A stretch of 64,000 nt of DNA from Utricularia gibba (lineage: Eukaryota > Plantae > Magnoliophyta), in NCBI GenBank assembly GCA_002189035.1, contig NEEC01000008.1, positions 2,232,001-2,296,000 of the forward strand, written 5' to 3'. This document shows, in pieces, positions 40,419-55,563 of the stretch. The first letter of the stretch is position 1; each line of letters begins with the position of its first letter. The notes below the pieces were generated by a model, which saw only the letters and a list, made by a program, of their open reading frames with translations, was not told the DNA's origin and did not search any database. The position numbers and the translations under genes were made by a program.

Positions 40419-43076
40419 CTATTCCTTCAGGCTGCGAAGAACAGTGTCAGCAAAAGTTTGTTGCCTGCAAATAGACAGAACAGAGTGGACGAGAAAAGTT
40501 GTCATTCTAGCGCTGGAGCTTGTGTTTTGCCTCTAAAGACTACTTTTTTTTTAACAAAGGCCTGTGATGAGTGAAGGAAGCTTACTTGCGCTCACGAAGT
40601 TTTGGGCTAGGGCGTGAATACTTCAAGTATCCATCCCAGGGTACCTTCTTCAGTCCTGCTCTAACAGAGATGATGTCCCTCACCCTGAAAACGAAGATCC
40701 GATCATTACAGGGAACATAGAGGACAGCATGGCTTAATGTTCAAGGAGTGAAAACCTCTCAGCAAATTCAATTGGTGTTTCCCCAGGTTTCAGATTTTGA
40801 GGTTCCAGGTACCACACATCACAAACAACAGCCCAGGATGTCATAAGCTGTAGCAAATGCATTGTGAAGGACTGCCTGCAAACACAGATATGTAAGAGGG
40901 TGAACACCAAGACTGCACTGGGATCACTTATCTAGGTGGACAGCACCTTCGGCTGTTCCAAAATGCATCAACAAAGATCTTGTTGTACTTGATTGCGATT
41001 GGACAAACAGTGCAGTCTAACTCAAATGCACCCTACAACCACAGAAAAATAGAGATATTGACAAAATAAAAGGCCGACAGGGTGAGGACTCTGTGAAGAT
41101 TAGCACAACAACAGTCAAATCCTGTGGAAGGAAGCTGTATAACAATCATGAATCAGCAGCTTAGTTTTATTCGTTGCAGAAACACCTGAGCATATGGTTT
41201 GCCAACAATGATATGATTAACTGTGAAGAGTTATTCAAAATGACGTTTTTTTAATCAAAGCAAGTAATCAAACGTCAGGTTTCCAGGGATCACAGCAGTA
41301 TCTGGTATTAATAGAGGCAAGTCAAAGAAACCTTCTTAAACATCACAGTGTAATGGTTGTTCACACAAGTTCCCTCCGGGAATATAAGAAGAGGGTTATT
41401 GTCAGCTCCATTTACATGTTCTCTCAGCCTGCAAATAAATAACAAAGCACATGGGACAATTACAAATCGAAGAGCATAACATTGCTTCTCATAGTGAAAA
41501 AAAAGACGAACTTTTTGGCAACAATCTCACGGTCCGTCGCTTCTGAACGGTTAAACCAGATACACCCAAGACTATCCAAAATAGTTGTTTGCAACAACCC
41601 TGAGAATAAGTAAGATGCTTTGTTCCCATAGGAAGTAGAAGTGGAATACAATCACTCGTTCCAAGAAAAAATGAAAGTTTACTAAGAAACCAATTCATAC
41701 AAAGAACTTACCAACCCACCCGGGATGTTTTTGCATAATCACTGCAAAAGCAGTCATTTGTTCCAATACAATGAAGTCGATCATGGATGTGTGATTTGCC
41801 ACAAATACCTGAAGACATCATTTCAGTGTTCTAAACTGGAAGACATACATGAGAGAAACTGAAAGACCACCTGTTTCGGTCGCATGCTTGGCCTTGGGCC
41901 ATGATACTTGACAACTCCGGTCCAGGATGCTACGAAAAAGCTGCAAATTAACTCCACCAGGCCTCTCTGAAAATGGTGAAGAAAAATGTGAGTAACAAAT
42001 AAAGATGAGAAACGAAAAGAATGCAGATAGTTTAAGGACTTCCTGTTAGGAAGGTTACTGAAACGCTGATACTTTCTCACATCAGAAGCAAAAATAAACA
42101 AGCTAAAATCAGAATATAAATACTTGAGAAGCAATCTGAAAAACATACCTCCAATCTTTTCCTCAACTTGTCATGCCCCTTCAATAAGAAATGGACAGGA
42201 AAATAGGCGGACAAAAATATAATCCATCCCACTGTCAAAACTATTACCCTAAATATGAAGGAGAGCATCTCAATATATGCACAAAAGCACTTCTAACAAT
42301 TAAAAACAAAATTTGAAGTATATAATGAAATTGCATGCTCACATCCAGAAACAACAGTACACAGAAAGATTGTTCAAGACTTCATATGCCCTTACCCTGT
42401 CATGCATGTTTTTCAAGGGATGACACCACAAGGCCAGTTCACTTGGCTTAATGTTCTCGAGAAATATCAAAGTGGTGACGAGTTTTAAACTAGGCAATAA
42501 TTTTCGCATACCCTCACCTTGCTGGGAATAGAATCCCATATCTGAAAACAACACCAAAGCACCACAATGGAAACAAGTATATGTTCCAATTCCAGGGTTC
42601 AGGAGAATTTGACTTGAAACATCTAGTAAAAGAGTCCTGTCAATGAAGGATGAGAAAGGATAAATAAACGGCATCGATCATTCAAAAAAGGAAAGCAGAT
42701 CAGAAAATGAAGAACAACAATGCAACTTTCTTAAATCCTTGCTCCATGTTGAACTCAATTTAGGGCTGAAACATCACACCCATGACAAAAAACCTCGAAA
42801 ATAGAAACTCACATCCACAATGGCACCAGCTGCTTCAGTAAGAGTCGGCGAAATATCAAGCAAATCACGCCTGAAACACAAATGACATTTTATTTCAATC
42901 TCAACCCGACAAAACTGAATCAACAAATAACCAATAAAGCAGGGGAAAAAGAAAACTTACAGGCGGAGCTTGCCATGCGGCTCTTGAATTGAATCAGACG
43001 GCAGATAGTCCTCAATATTAGGGCGATCCAAATCCAGCTCGGAGCTAGAGGCGTTGAGATTACTCATTTCATCCAT
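40419..43076 (-). CDS. GPAT9: ER glycerol-3-phosphate acyltransferase GPAT9 (multi-exon)
   Basis: SSSELDLDRPNIEDYL, RDLLDISPTLTEAAGAIVD, DSFTRCFKSNSPEPWNWNIYLFPLW, VFVANHTSMIDF (HxxxxD motif), KVPWDGYLKYSRPSPKLRERK. Confidence 0.95.
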
Positions 43077-43601
43077 CCCAATCGATGCTTCTCGCACCGG
43101 CGTCTTCGCTGCTTCCACAGTCTCCCGGAAAAGAATCTACACGGCGGCAGACCACAAACTACACAACGCAATCATCCATCATCATTTCTATAGTTTTTAA
43201 TTGCTATAAATCTACAATACTCCCTCCAGTCAACTACACCAAACCAGCCGTGTGCATAATTATCTTTATTACAATTTTTTTATCTTAAAATTTCTATCCA
43301 GAGTCAAATTTGGGCCATTTCACATGTGGGCTTAGCCCATAGAACCCAACAACAAGATACTAAAATTGAAGGAAGAAAATCTTAGGGACCAATTAGAAAA
43401 TATCTTTGGAGAAAAATTTATTCTTATTATAATTTATTTGGATAAATAAAATTATATTAAAGTGCATTTCTGGTTAAAATTGGTTTAGAGAAAAAAAAAA
43501 CTATGAACTACTCTCACAAACAAATAGTTCTTCGTTTCAAAACAATTTATCTATATTTTAATTTGTAAATCAATAATTTTAATGATATTTCATATTAATT
43601 A

Positions 43602-43605
<4 letters not shown>

Positions 43606-43635
<30 letters not shown>
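43606..43635. repeat. (AT)~15 microsatellite in the divergent GPAT9/monooxygenase intergenic region
   Basis: Uninterrupted AT dinucleotide run. Confidence 0.9.
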
Positions 43636-43639
<4 letters not shown>

Positions 43640-44023
43640 TAGATTAATGTTAATAATTTTATGTAAAATGAAAAAAAATAATATAAAACTTAAAATAGAT
43701 AATATCGTATAAGATGGATGTAGATAGTGAGATAATGTTATATTAAATGTAATTTAAAAGTATCTAGTAAAACAATGATTTGAACACATTTTCTATATTA
43801 CATCAATCAAATCCGGGGATCAGAATTGAGGACAACAACCAACAAGAAAACGCCAAATACGCTATAGAGATCTCAATCTCCTTCATCCAATCACAACGAG
43901 AAATCATCCTTCCATATCACTATTGTATGCAGCACAGTTCAAGCTCCATTCGTCTTCTTTTCGGAACTTGGGAGTTCCCTTTCAAGCCCTTGAAGAGCTT
44001 TGTGTAAGCAGGGGCCAGTGGAA

Positions 44024-45653
44024 ATGGAGGAAGTAGTGATAATCGGCGCCGGAGTTGCCGGGTTGGCTGCATCTCTGGGTCTTCACAGGTATTCCGAGAT
44101 GGGGATTCCGTGTAGTTTCCCCCCTCAAAGGTATAAAGCTTGTGTTTTGTCGTCACAGATTGGGAATCCGAAGCTTGGTTCTCGAGTCCGCCGACAGCCT
44201 TCGGGTCACCGGCTCCGCATTCGGGCTGTGGAACAATGCTTGGAAAGCAGTAGATGTGTTGAGTATTGGAGACAGTCTTCGTTGCAAATACACAAAGTTG
44301 CATAGGTAAGAAAAAGAAGCCAACTCAAGCGCTCATTCTGTACTGACTTGTGTTCCCCTTATCCCCAACTTTGTGTTTCACTGCAGCCTCGAGACCTTCT
44401 CAATAAAAACAGGGCTTAGAACCTCAGAACAAGTCTTCGAACCACAAGACTCAAGGTCTGTTAGTGCTCATATATTCGCCTTATACTCTTTCTGAACAAC
44501 CCCATTCTGCATATCTGTAATGATAGATATAGTTGAATCTGAGTTTCTGAGAGGTATGACATGCATCAGGAATGACTATGAGGTTAGGTGTGTGAACAGA
44601 AGAGTGCTTCTTGAGACAATGTTGAATGAACTCCCACAAAACTCTGTTAGATACTCCTCCAAAGTTGTAAACATTGAAACCGATGGTGAGTTAAAGTCAC
44701 TTCATCTTGCTGATGGAACATCCATAAGAGCTAAGGTAATGTTCACAGACGAAAAGCAAAAGCAGTAGGATTTCAGTGTGTTGGATGAGAATGGTAGTAT
44801 TTTTGTGACTAGGTGGTGGTTGGAGCGGATGGGGTCAATTCTGTGGTGGCCAAGTTTCTAGGCTTGACCAAGCCGCGGTTCGTGGGGCGGTCCGAGATAA
44901 GAGGCATGGTCTGGTTCGAGGATGGCCATGGCTTTGAGCCAAAATTCATGAAGTTCATAGGGGATGAGGGTATCTACTACGGCATCTTCCCCTGTGATGA
45001 CTACTCAGTTTACTGGTTCTTCAACTTCATTCCATCTGCACAAGGTAATCACCATTCCCACATCTCAGTGAGCTCCAATCTGTTCCTAATCCAACAACTT
45101 CTGTGGCAGATGAAGAAGAATTGAGACACGATGCATCCAAAATGAAGCAATACATAACCAGAAGACTAGGAAAAGTCCCCAAAAGATCCGGGACACGTTC
45201 GAAAAGACAGACAAGGATCTCATTTCATACGCATCACTGAGGTACAGGCCATCATGGGAGCTCCTCCGGCCCAGCCTATTCAAGGACAACATATGCGTGA
45301 TCGGAGATGCACTGCATCCAATGACGCCCGACATAGGCCAAGGCGCGTGCTTGTCCCTCGAAGACGGCGTGGTGGTGGCGAGGGTCTTGGGCGAGGCGAT
45401 GAAGGTGGAGGATCACGGCGGCCGGAGAATCGGAGCTGGGCTGGAGAAGCTTGCACGGGAGAAGCGATGGAGGTGGTTCGGGCTGGTGAGCTTAGCCTAC
45501 CTGGTTGGATGGATGGAGGCAAGTGACGAAATGCTGATCAAATTTCTGAAGAAATTCACCAGGTGGTTGGTCGGTACAGCGATTTACAGGATCACAATGT
45601 ATGACTGCGGTAAGCTAGCTGGGAGCGGTCTGATTTCCGGGTCGGGTATGTAG
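44024..45653 (+). CDS. FAD-dependent monooxygenase (group A, plant MO1/MO2-like); 1-nt frameshift as assembled
   Basis: GAGVAG FAD motif, DG fingerprint VVGADGVNS, GD motif CVIGDALHPMTPDIGQGACLSLEDG, terminal YDCGKL. Confidence 0.92.
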
Positions 45654-46075
45654 ATTTGACCCGTGTAAAAAAATAAATGTAATATTTTATTCCAAATTCT
45701 GGAACAATATATAAAATAATATTATTATATATGATAAATATATTTAAATAAATAAAAAATAAAATTCATTTAATATTTGATCAAACTAATGTATTATACA
45801 ATAAACATATGTTTAGGAAATCATTTATTAATTAAATAATATTGACTAAAATTTTCCCTGGGCCTAAACAGGAGGATGGGCCTGTGGCTTGTCTCAGGCC
45901 CAACTTTTTGTAAACGTACGGCTTGCTTGTCCCTCAGGACTGAGGAATTCCATTTCCCATTCCTTCGTCATCACGCGCCAACGATTCTATTTGGATTTGA
46001 TGGCATACGGTGCTCTATTGAAGAAGGAATTATTGGATTAGGAACATTGTCGCCGGAAGTTGGGAGGTTTCGGCC

Positions 46076-47742
46076 ATGGCGGAGAGATCTCGGCCCATCA
46101 GTACCTCGACAGTGTACCTCTACGTGCCCAACATAATTGGTAACATTCGCTTCCATTCCTTCGTCTTTTAGCTGTTCTGTGTGTGAAGAAAAGCATGGGG
46201 TGCTGATGGTTGATTGATTTTCCAGGATATGCTCGAATTCTGCTGAATTGCGTTGCTTTTTCCGTGTGCTTCAGGAATAAGTATCTTTTCTGTTTTCTGT
46301 ATCTTGTTAGGTGAGGATCATTTTGCATCAAGAAGTTTTTGTCGCTCTTTTTTTTGGACATTTCCTTATTTTCTTGTGGGGGGTCATTGTTTCAGTTTTG
46401 TATGTGATGCGGTGGATGGTTGGTTCGCTCGAAAACTAAATCAAGGTTAAGTTTACCGCTTAGACTCATCAAACAGATACTATTCCAAAAGTTGTCTTAA
46501 GTAAAATACGAGTGTCTTCCTCATAGATTGAATATCACTAATTTTTTAGATGATGTAATCTATCCTATGTTTTCTTGTAACTGCAACATCTCATTATTCC
46601 AATATATAGCTTTTTTGGTTGCTCCTTGTTTTCAGTTTCAACATTTGGAGCTGTTTTGGACATGGTCACAGACAGGTCTTTTTTTTTCTAAATGTATAAT
46701 TTTTCTTGGCTTACCAGTTATTTTTCTTGGATATTCATCTGGCTTATCCCTCGCTATAGTACAGGATAAGCACTACTTGTCTGCTGGTTATTCTGTCGCA
46801 AGTTTACAGGTTGATTCTTCGAGATTGCTTTTCCTATCAGTGCGTTTGTATAGGTTTTCTTTTTCACTCTATGTTTTTGCAGGCCTGGGCTGATATTCTT
46901 ATCATTGATCGCATTAGATATAGCTAGCCATTGGTTTCAGATGTATAGGTGCTCCATCATTCTGGATTTCATTGCACTGAGTTATTGCCTTTTAAACATC
47001 TATAGCGTTGACATTGGCATCATTCTTTTGTATTCAGCTCTTTCCTGGCGGGCAAGAGTAGCCATAAAGATGTTACCGATAGCAAAATCTGGCTTTTTAA
47101 ACTTTATTATGGGAACCGGAAATTCATGGCTTACTGCTGTGTGTCCTGCGAGGTTTAATTTCCATGTTCCATTTTTCTCTTCAATCTCAAGCCCACCCTC
47201 TCACCTTTTTTCTCCTTTGCAATCTGGTTTTTAATGAATCAGTTTTCCAGGTCCTATACCTTCTGTTATTCCTCCTGTCAAAGAATCAAACTCAGTGTGT
47301 AACAGATGTTAGTTTTCTTTACATGATAGCCTTTATTTCTCACAGATTACTCCAAGGTTTCTGTTTACTACCCATATCCTTTTTTCATCAGGCTTTTCTG
47401 AATGCCGCAAGTCAAAGCTGGCTATATTTAGTTTTACTTTCTGCCAGTCTTCTTGGCTGGATTATCAAGCAGTTGGTTAATGTCATTCAGGTGGAGTGTC
47501 TTCACCTATAATGCTCAGCATTTTTCAGTGTTCTTCACCGGAACTCTTGAAGCTATTTTAGCATGTGCTCTACAAATAAACCTAAAGCTTGTGTGCAGTC
47601 ACCTCCTAAAAGAAATGCCTTTTCCATCTTCTTCCCTGTGTTTTGGTTTCACTGAAGCGTCATAACCACACTTGTTTTATGATACCAGATGAAGGCAGCT
47701 GCAGATGCCTGTGCCATGTATGACATTTCGAAGAAGCTGTAG
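46076..47742 (+). CDS. PIS: Phosphatidylinositol synthase (CDP-DAG:inositol phosphatidyltransferase)
   Basis: VYLYVPNII|GYAR, CDAVDGWFARKLNQ|VSTFGAVLDMVTDR (CDP-alcohol phosphotransferase motif), LDIASHW, SSHKD; exons join in frame. Confidence 0.95.
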
Positions 47743-48719
47743 TATGCTACATGTGTGTCATGTGCAAATGTGATGGATCCATGTCATGTTTCTGTTTTCC
47801 TTTTTTTGGGATATCATCACAGTTTCACGATGAGTTTTCCTGGCCGGCCGTTTTGTGTGAAATGTGTCTCCTTGGCATAGTATCTGAAATTGCTCTACTA
47901 AGTGATTAGTGAAAACTTTTCTGGTCAACTAACGTTGTAGTTCTAAAATAAATATTATTTTGATTACAAAGTAACTTAGAACTAAAAATAGGAATTTAAA
48001 TATTCTATAATTTTTGAGAAATGTTATTTTGATAGGTATGTTTTAGTTAATCTAACCTTCAAATGTTTTAAGAGGATCTTTATTCGTTTTCTGAAATATT
48101 GATATGACATTTTCTGAAATGAGTAAATTTGTTTTTCATTTTTTTCGGAAATGAAAATGAGGAAACATGATTTTATTCTGGAAATGATTTAAAATATAAT
48201 TTATAATATTTATTTTAATATTAAGATTTTTAGAAATTGATACAAACGTAACGAAAATTTAATAAATGAAATTTAATAACTCAATTTTCAGAAATTTCAT
48301 GTTAATATTTTTAAAAATGAATAAAGATGTTCTAAAGTAATTGATATTGAAATTTGATATTTTTCAAATTTTAAAATATGTAAATCTCATTTTTTTTGAA
48401 AGATATTAATAAATTGTATGTAAATCTTTTATGAAATTTTTGGAATATATTTTACTATATTTTTAATAGTGAAACAGAAATATATCTAAGATAACAAGAA
48501 CAACAAATACGATTCGAGATATTTTATTTTTTAAATATCTTATTATCTTGGAAAATATATTTTCTAGCTTATCTTTTTTGTTTTGTTTCCAAAATTATGA
48601 TAATGAATTTCTCCCCCACCTATTATAAATTGGCCTCGGTTTTTCAATTGGGGGTGGAAGAGGTAGAGTCTAGGGATTTCCAAATTCTCCAAGCTTTTAG
48701 GGTTTGTGAAGAGGGAGCA

Positions 48720-49612
48720 ATGTCGTCGACAGATGCCGCGTCGCAGAAGATGATCCATCTGAGGAGTTCCGATGGGGAATCCTTTAGGGTTGAGGAAATT
48801 GTGGCGCTCGAATCGCAGACCATCCGACACATGATTGAGGATGGCTGCGCTGACAACGTTATTCCGCTGCCCAACGTCACCGCTAAGATCCTCGCGAAGG
48901 TGATTGAGTATTGCAAGCGTCATGTGGAGGCGGCGGCGAAGGCTGCCGAGGGAGGCGTCTCCGCGGGGGAGAGAGTCAATGATGATGAATTAAAGGCTTT
49001 CGATGCGGACTTCGTTAAGGTTGACCAGGGGACGCTGTTTGACCTGATTTTGGTACGCCTCTTTTCACTTTTCACGTTATTACCGTCTTGGTTACATCTC
49101 TTTTGTGGTTTCTTGCTGTCGACTTCCTTGTGATGGTTTTTTCCGTTCAGTCAATGAGTTTATAATGCATATACTTATTCGGCATTGGGAAAAAGGGGGT
49201 TTATTCTGGATGTGAAGGGTTCATGTGCTCTTGCCTTGATTAAGAAGAAGCAAACCATGGTGTTTCCATTAATTGAACAGTTTTAGTTAGTTCCAAAGTA
49301 TTCCTTCTACCCAGGCATTGATATCTCTCAGCACTCTTCCCGGGCACTGATTGTTGTTTTTCTTCGTTGGGAGTTCACTACTTTTGTTTTCACATCTTCC
49401 TTTCCGCATATAATCCTTCTCTGACTTTCCATAATCAGGCTGCCAACTACCTGAACATCAAGAGCTTGCTTGACCTTACCTGCCAAACCGTGGCCGACAT
49501 GATCAAGGGGAAGACTCCAGAGGAGATCCGAAAGACCTTTAACATCAAGAACGACTTCACCCCGGAGGAGGAAGAGGAGGTTCGCCGGGAGAACGCGTGG
49601 GCCTTCGAATGA
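48720..49612 (+). CDS. SKP1: SKP1-like protein, 2 exons
   Basis: [48 protein letters not shown]|[34 protein letters not shown]...RENAWAFE. Confidence 0.98.
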
Positions 49613-50341
49613 TGATCAAGAAACCTCTCCTTCAATCCCCTTCTACCGTCAAGCTCTCAGACATTTATGGTTTAAGTAGTAGATACCTATTGTCTCGTTC
49701 TTCCCCTCGTCCTGGAAACTTGTCTATCTCTTAAGATTGCCACTGTCTCCCAGTCACATCCGATTCCTCTTCTCTTCAACACTTTAAATATCATATAAAT
49801 ATTTTAAAAGAATATAAATTTAAAAATAATTTTTTCCCTTTTTGCTTAGGTTTGAAAGAGGGTGAATTAGGAATCAAACATATGATGACTAAGTAGGGTA
49901 GAATCTAGAGTACATGAAACGAGGAATCCGGTTGTTTTTTTCACGTGGTGCCTTGCTTTATTCGACCAATCCCCCTCAACATGCACTTGTCTCCCACCCC
50001 TTTACTTAATGTGCAGATTAGATAGCTCCCTAATCATAATTAAATTATTCATCTATTAGCACAATATCACTGTCACGCTATGCCTGATTTTGGAATAATT
50101 TATGACTATAATCATATGTTATACGACGGGCATGGTATTCGCGTCGATGTCTGTGTTCTGATCATGGTAGGTGTTTAATGTTGTTTTAAAATGCTGAGAA
50201 ATAAATGATTTTTTTTTATTTTAAATGAGAATTTATTTATCTGCGGTGATGGGATGATTTGATTCCGAGATTGCCCCTAGGAGAGCTCTATAAAGAGAGA
50301 CGTTAACGAGAGACGGGCTGCCGGACTTGTAGAGCAAGGAG

Positions 50342-51499
50342 ATGGCCAAGGAGCAGGAGGAAATTCGAGTTGATAGAGAAAAGGATTACGCGGATCAGCC
50401 GCCGGAGCCGCTCCTAGACGCTGGAGAACTCAGGCGATGGTCTTTCTACAGAGCTGTCATCGCTGAATTCTTCGCCACTCTGCTCTTTCTCTACGTCACG
50501 ATCGCCACTGTCGTTGGGCAGAGCAAGCTCAGCACGGCAGATCACTGCGACGGTGTCGGAATACTAGGAATTGCGTGGGCGTTCGGTGGCATGATCTTTG
50601 TTCTTGTCTACTGCACTGCCGGAGTTTCAGGTACGTGTTCGTGGATTTAGTTGATTGTACTGCTATGTTATGTGAACTGGTTTCGATTTCAGGGGGACAT
50701 ATCAATCCCGCGGTTACTTTCGGACTCTTTCTTGCGAGAAAAGTCTCGCTTCTCCGTGCTATCGCCTACATTGTGGCGCAGTGCTTGGGCGCCATAGTTG
50801 GCGTCGGCATCGTCAAAGGAATTACAGGCAGTTTCTATGATAGATCCGGCGGGGGAACGAATTCCGTGCAAGATGGTTACAGCAAAGGCACCGCTATCGG
50901 CGCGGAGATAGTCGGCACATTTCTGCTCGTATACACCGTGTTCTCCGCCGTTGATCCTAAGAGAAGAGCACGTGACAGTCACGTTCCGGTAAACTTCCGA
51001 TGATGATCGTACACACGTTTTCCACCTTCCTTTAGATGAGTTTCTGTCGTTTACTCCGTCGGCTCTGCAAATAACTTGCATCACGTGATCTATGCTGAAT
51101 ATTGAGGAAGCACCTCGCATTGATGAATCCAAAAAATGAGATAAATCGATGCTCTCATCTTGTTCTGTATAGGTTTTGGCTCCATTACCTATTGGATTTG
51201 CAGTTTTCATTGTTCACCTAGCCACCATCCCCGTCACCGGAACCGGCATAAATCCGGCGAGGAGCCTCGGAGCTGCTGTTATATACAACCGCGAGAGAAT
51301 CTGGAACGAGCATGTATGAGAGTCTTTATAACATGCATCTGTTTTCTCCTTTTCTTGCCGCTGAAGCATGTATTTGCAGTGGATTTTCTGGGTCGGGCCT
51401 TTTGTCGGAGCGGCGTTGGCTGCTGCGTACCACCAGTACATCCTAAGGGCCGCCGCGATCAAGGCGCTGGGATCCTTCCGGAGCAACACCTCCTTGTGA
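50342..51499 (+). CDS. PIP2: Plasma membrane aquaporin, PIP2 type, 4 exons
   Basis: Two NPA motifs ([17 protein letters not shown]), short N-terminus, RDSHVP, C-terminal KALGSFRSN. Confidence 0.96.
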
Positions 51500-52083
51500 T
51501 CACTGAACCCCAAGCACAGAATGAAAAGTATCATCATATCAAATAATTGTTTAATTATCTTTTGCCCTTATGCTCTGGGCTGATTCCATTTGTTTGGCTT
51601 CATATATACGTCATGGGGAACCTCCCCCGTGTCTCCTGCATTTGCATTGTTTCAGATTTGGTGATGAGTGTCCTTGAAGCCGCATGAAACCATCGAACTC
51701 CGGTGACAAACAAAAAGGCTCTAAAGCCAATCTTCCCGTACGGTAGACCAAGCATTTTTTGAAAAATTGATACTTTACCAAGTTTTTAAATGTTTAAAGC
51801 TATGGGAATCAGCATCTACCCATCGCAGAACCACACCAAATCCACAGGATCTCACCACTGGGCCGTTTTGAAATACCAAGAGTCGAGGAATTACCATATT
51901 CAGCAGCGGTAGGTTCAGCTACCAGGTGACTTAACTGGCGCATCACATCACCAGTGCATCTACAACGGAGGAGGCAACACAGTGCTAAGGTATGAGCGAT
52001 GGCAATGCAGTTACCCGCTTTCCTAGCTCTCCTGCATGATGTAGCAGTAACTAGTAGTACGCTAGGGGCAACCCCCCTTCATG

Positions 52084-53409
<1,326 letters not shown>

Positions 53410-53999
53410 CTAACAAACCCCTGCAGCCGAAACAAAAATGGTGGGTTTAGTTGGAGGAGGGAAATCTGCAGAATGTCGGGATCGAAGTCCCGAACTGGGA
53501 ACCCTATTGAAAGAGTAGGAGTAAAAGAAACTCCACCAAATCCAACAAACCTATTAACTGCAACAAGAATCCGAATTCCTACCCACCACACCACAAAATG
53601 TGTGTGCGCGAAAACAGACAGAGAGAGAAGAAATTGACGCGAATTGACGTCGGAGGAAATTTTGAATTGTAAAGTAAGTTATCCTAATTCCTACCCTTTA
53701 TTTTATTTTTAAACATCTATTTAATTCTTTTTTGTTAAAAACGATTTTTAATAATTTCTTAAAAATTAATTTAGTTATAATTATATTTGTATATTTACTT
53801 ACGACCATCATAATTATTTATAACAAAATATAAATACTTTAATCTTTAAATTATAACTTTATATAAATATATTTAAACTAATATAGTAATATGCAATTTT
53901 TTTTTTTGGTAAACATCAGCAACTCGTGTTTTGATGTCCCGGACACGCCCTCCAAAGATTTCAAATTCAAGTGGTACGGACTGGTGCCTGGTGTGGTGT

Positions 54000-54020
54000 G
54001 ATGATGATGATGATGATGAT
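54000..54020. repeat. (GAT)7 microsatellite
   Basis: Perfect trinucleotide run; explains the poly-His stretch in a spurious ORF. Confidence 0.85.
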
Positions 54021-54244
54021 AAGTAACATGATCAAAGTTGTCAACAGAAATCGCTCTATGGATCTTACAAATTTGACAAGACACAGATAAGGGGAACATC
54101 CAGGAAACAAATTCATATACTTAGCAGGGGAGTCAAGAATTTGTGTAGCCATAGGATGAGGATCTCTGCGAGACTGGTAGTTTCCACAAGCAAAGCAAGA
54201 GAGTTCATAACTCACTACATGTTCGCTAACATTGGGTCAGGGGA

Positions 54245-55563
54245 CTAACCTTCAGTTGCTGCTGCCCGGCCCTTCCTGGCAGCATCAGCAGCAGCCTTCT
54301 CTGCTTCTATCTCGGTGGCAATGGCATCAATTTCAGCTTCCTCAAGCTGTCTAAGACCATCTTCTTTTGTCATCACCGCAACCTCAATATTCTTCCCCCC
54401 ACTTTCAACAACCTGAAAGTATTATGGAAGAGAACTTCAAAAGGATATATGCAGCTGTGCATTCATGCAGCGTGGTTAGATCATTTTCTGTACCTCCATC
54501 AGTGCACGAATGGCTAGCTTCACAGTTTCTTGGCCAGATGTTTCCTTGTAATTCTTCTCCAAGAATTCACGGATGGAGTTCGAGTTTCTCCCGGTGGCAT
54601 TGGCTTTCCATGCAGAAAATGTCCCAGAGGATCAGTCTGGTAGAGTGATGGAGTACCAGTGTGGGGATCAAAACCAATGATCAAGGTTGATAGACCAAAG
54701 GGCCTCACACCACCACTTTGTGTGTATTTCTGTTGGAGGCCAGCGATGTAGCGTGTAATGTATTCAACGGTTACCGGATCCTCAACTGTAAGCTTGTAAC
54801 TCTGGCATTCAATCCGGGCCCTGTTTATCAATACCCGAGCATTCAATCCGGGCCCTGTTTATCAATACCCGAGCATCTGCTTTTAAACCAGCGCAGGCTA
54901 AAGCAATGTGATCATCCAAATTGACAATCTTTCTCACTGATCTGGAAAAAAAAAAGCAATGGGAAATAGCGCGTTGGATGGAGTAGAGATAGTGCGACAA
55001 TGCAGCGGACAACATTTTTTATATGATAACCAGTAAAACAAACTAGAACACATGATCAGTCACATGAAATCCATGTAGATGCATATGGATCTGTAGGATA
55101 CACGAAGCTTTCAGGTGCGTTTTAATCAGTTGTAAAATCCTAATTAGGAGGCCTTTCATTCAGCCGACCACAGAATCCTGAATATTTTGATCAACCGTAT
55201 TTCATAGTTCAGCAAAGGAGAATATTTCCATAACAGCACATCCTGGGGTTACATATTGCATATCAAAAATTCATCAATGCGGCATTGTATATCAAATAAA
55301 TGGCCAAGAATGAGAGAACCTACAGCATTTTTCACACATTTTGCTCAAAGGAAGCTAACTTTACAAGCCGAGCATTTTGAACTCGCGCATCGAAATAAAG
55401 CACTGAGTTCAGTAAACCTGGAATCCTGAAGCTTAGGAGTGGATTTTTTCTCGACAGCAAGCACGATAACATCCGTTCCCCGGACCCCAACGGCTGCGTA
55501 CTCAACCTGAAAAAGATGGCCGTCCGGCGAGAATACCGTGATTGCCCTATCATATCTGGCCAT
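54245..55563 (-). pseudogene. PAD: 20S proteasome alpha-4 (alpha type-7, PAD) pseudogene
   Basis: [54 protein letters not shown]; 27-nt in-frame deletion near 55497, 34-nt tandem duplication 54807-54874 giving a premature TGA, 1-nt deletion at 54628. Confidence 0.85.
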
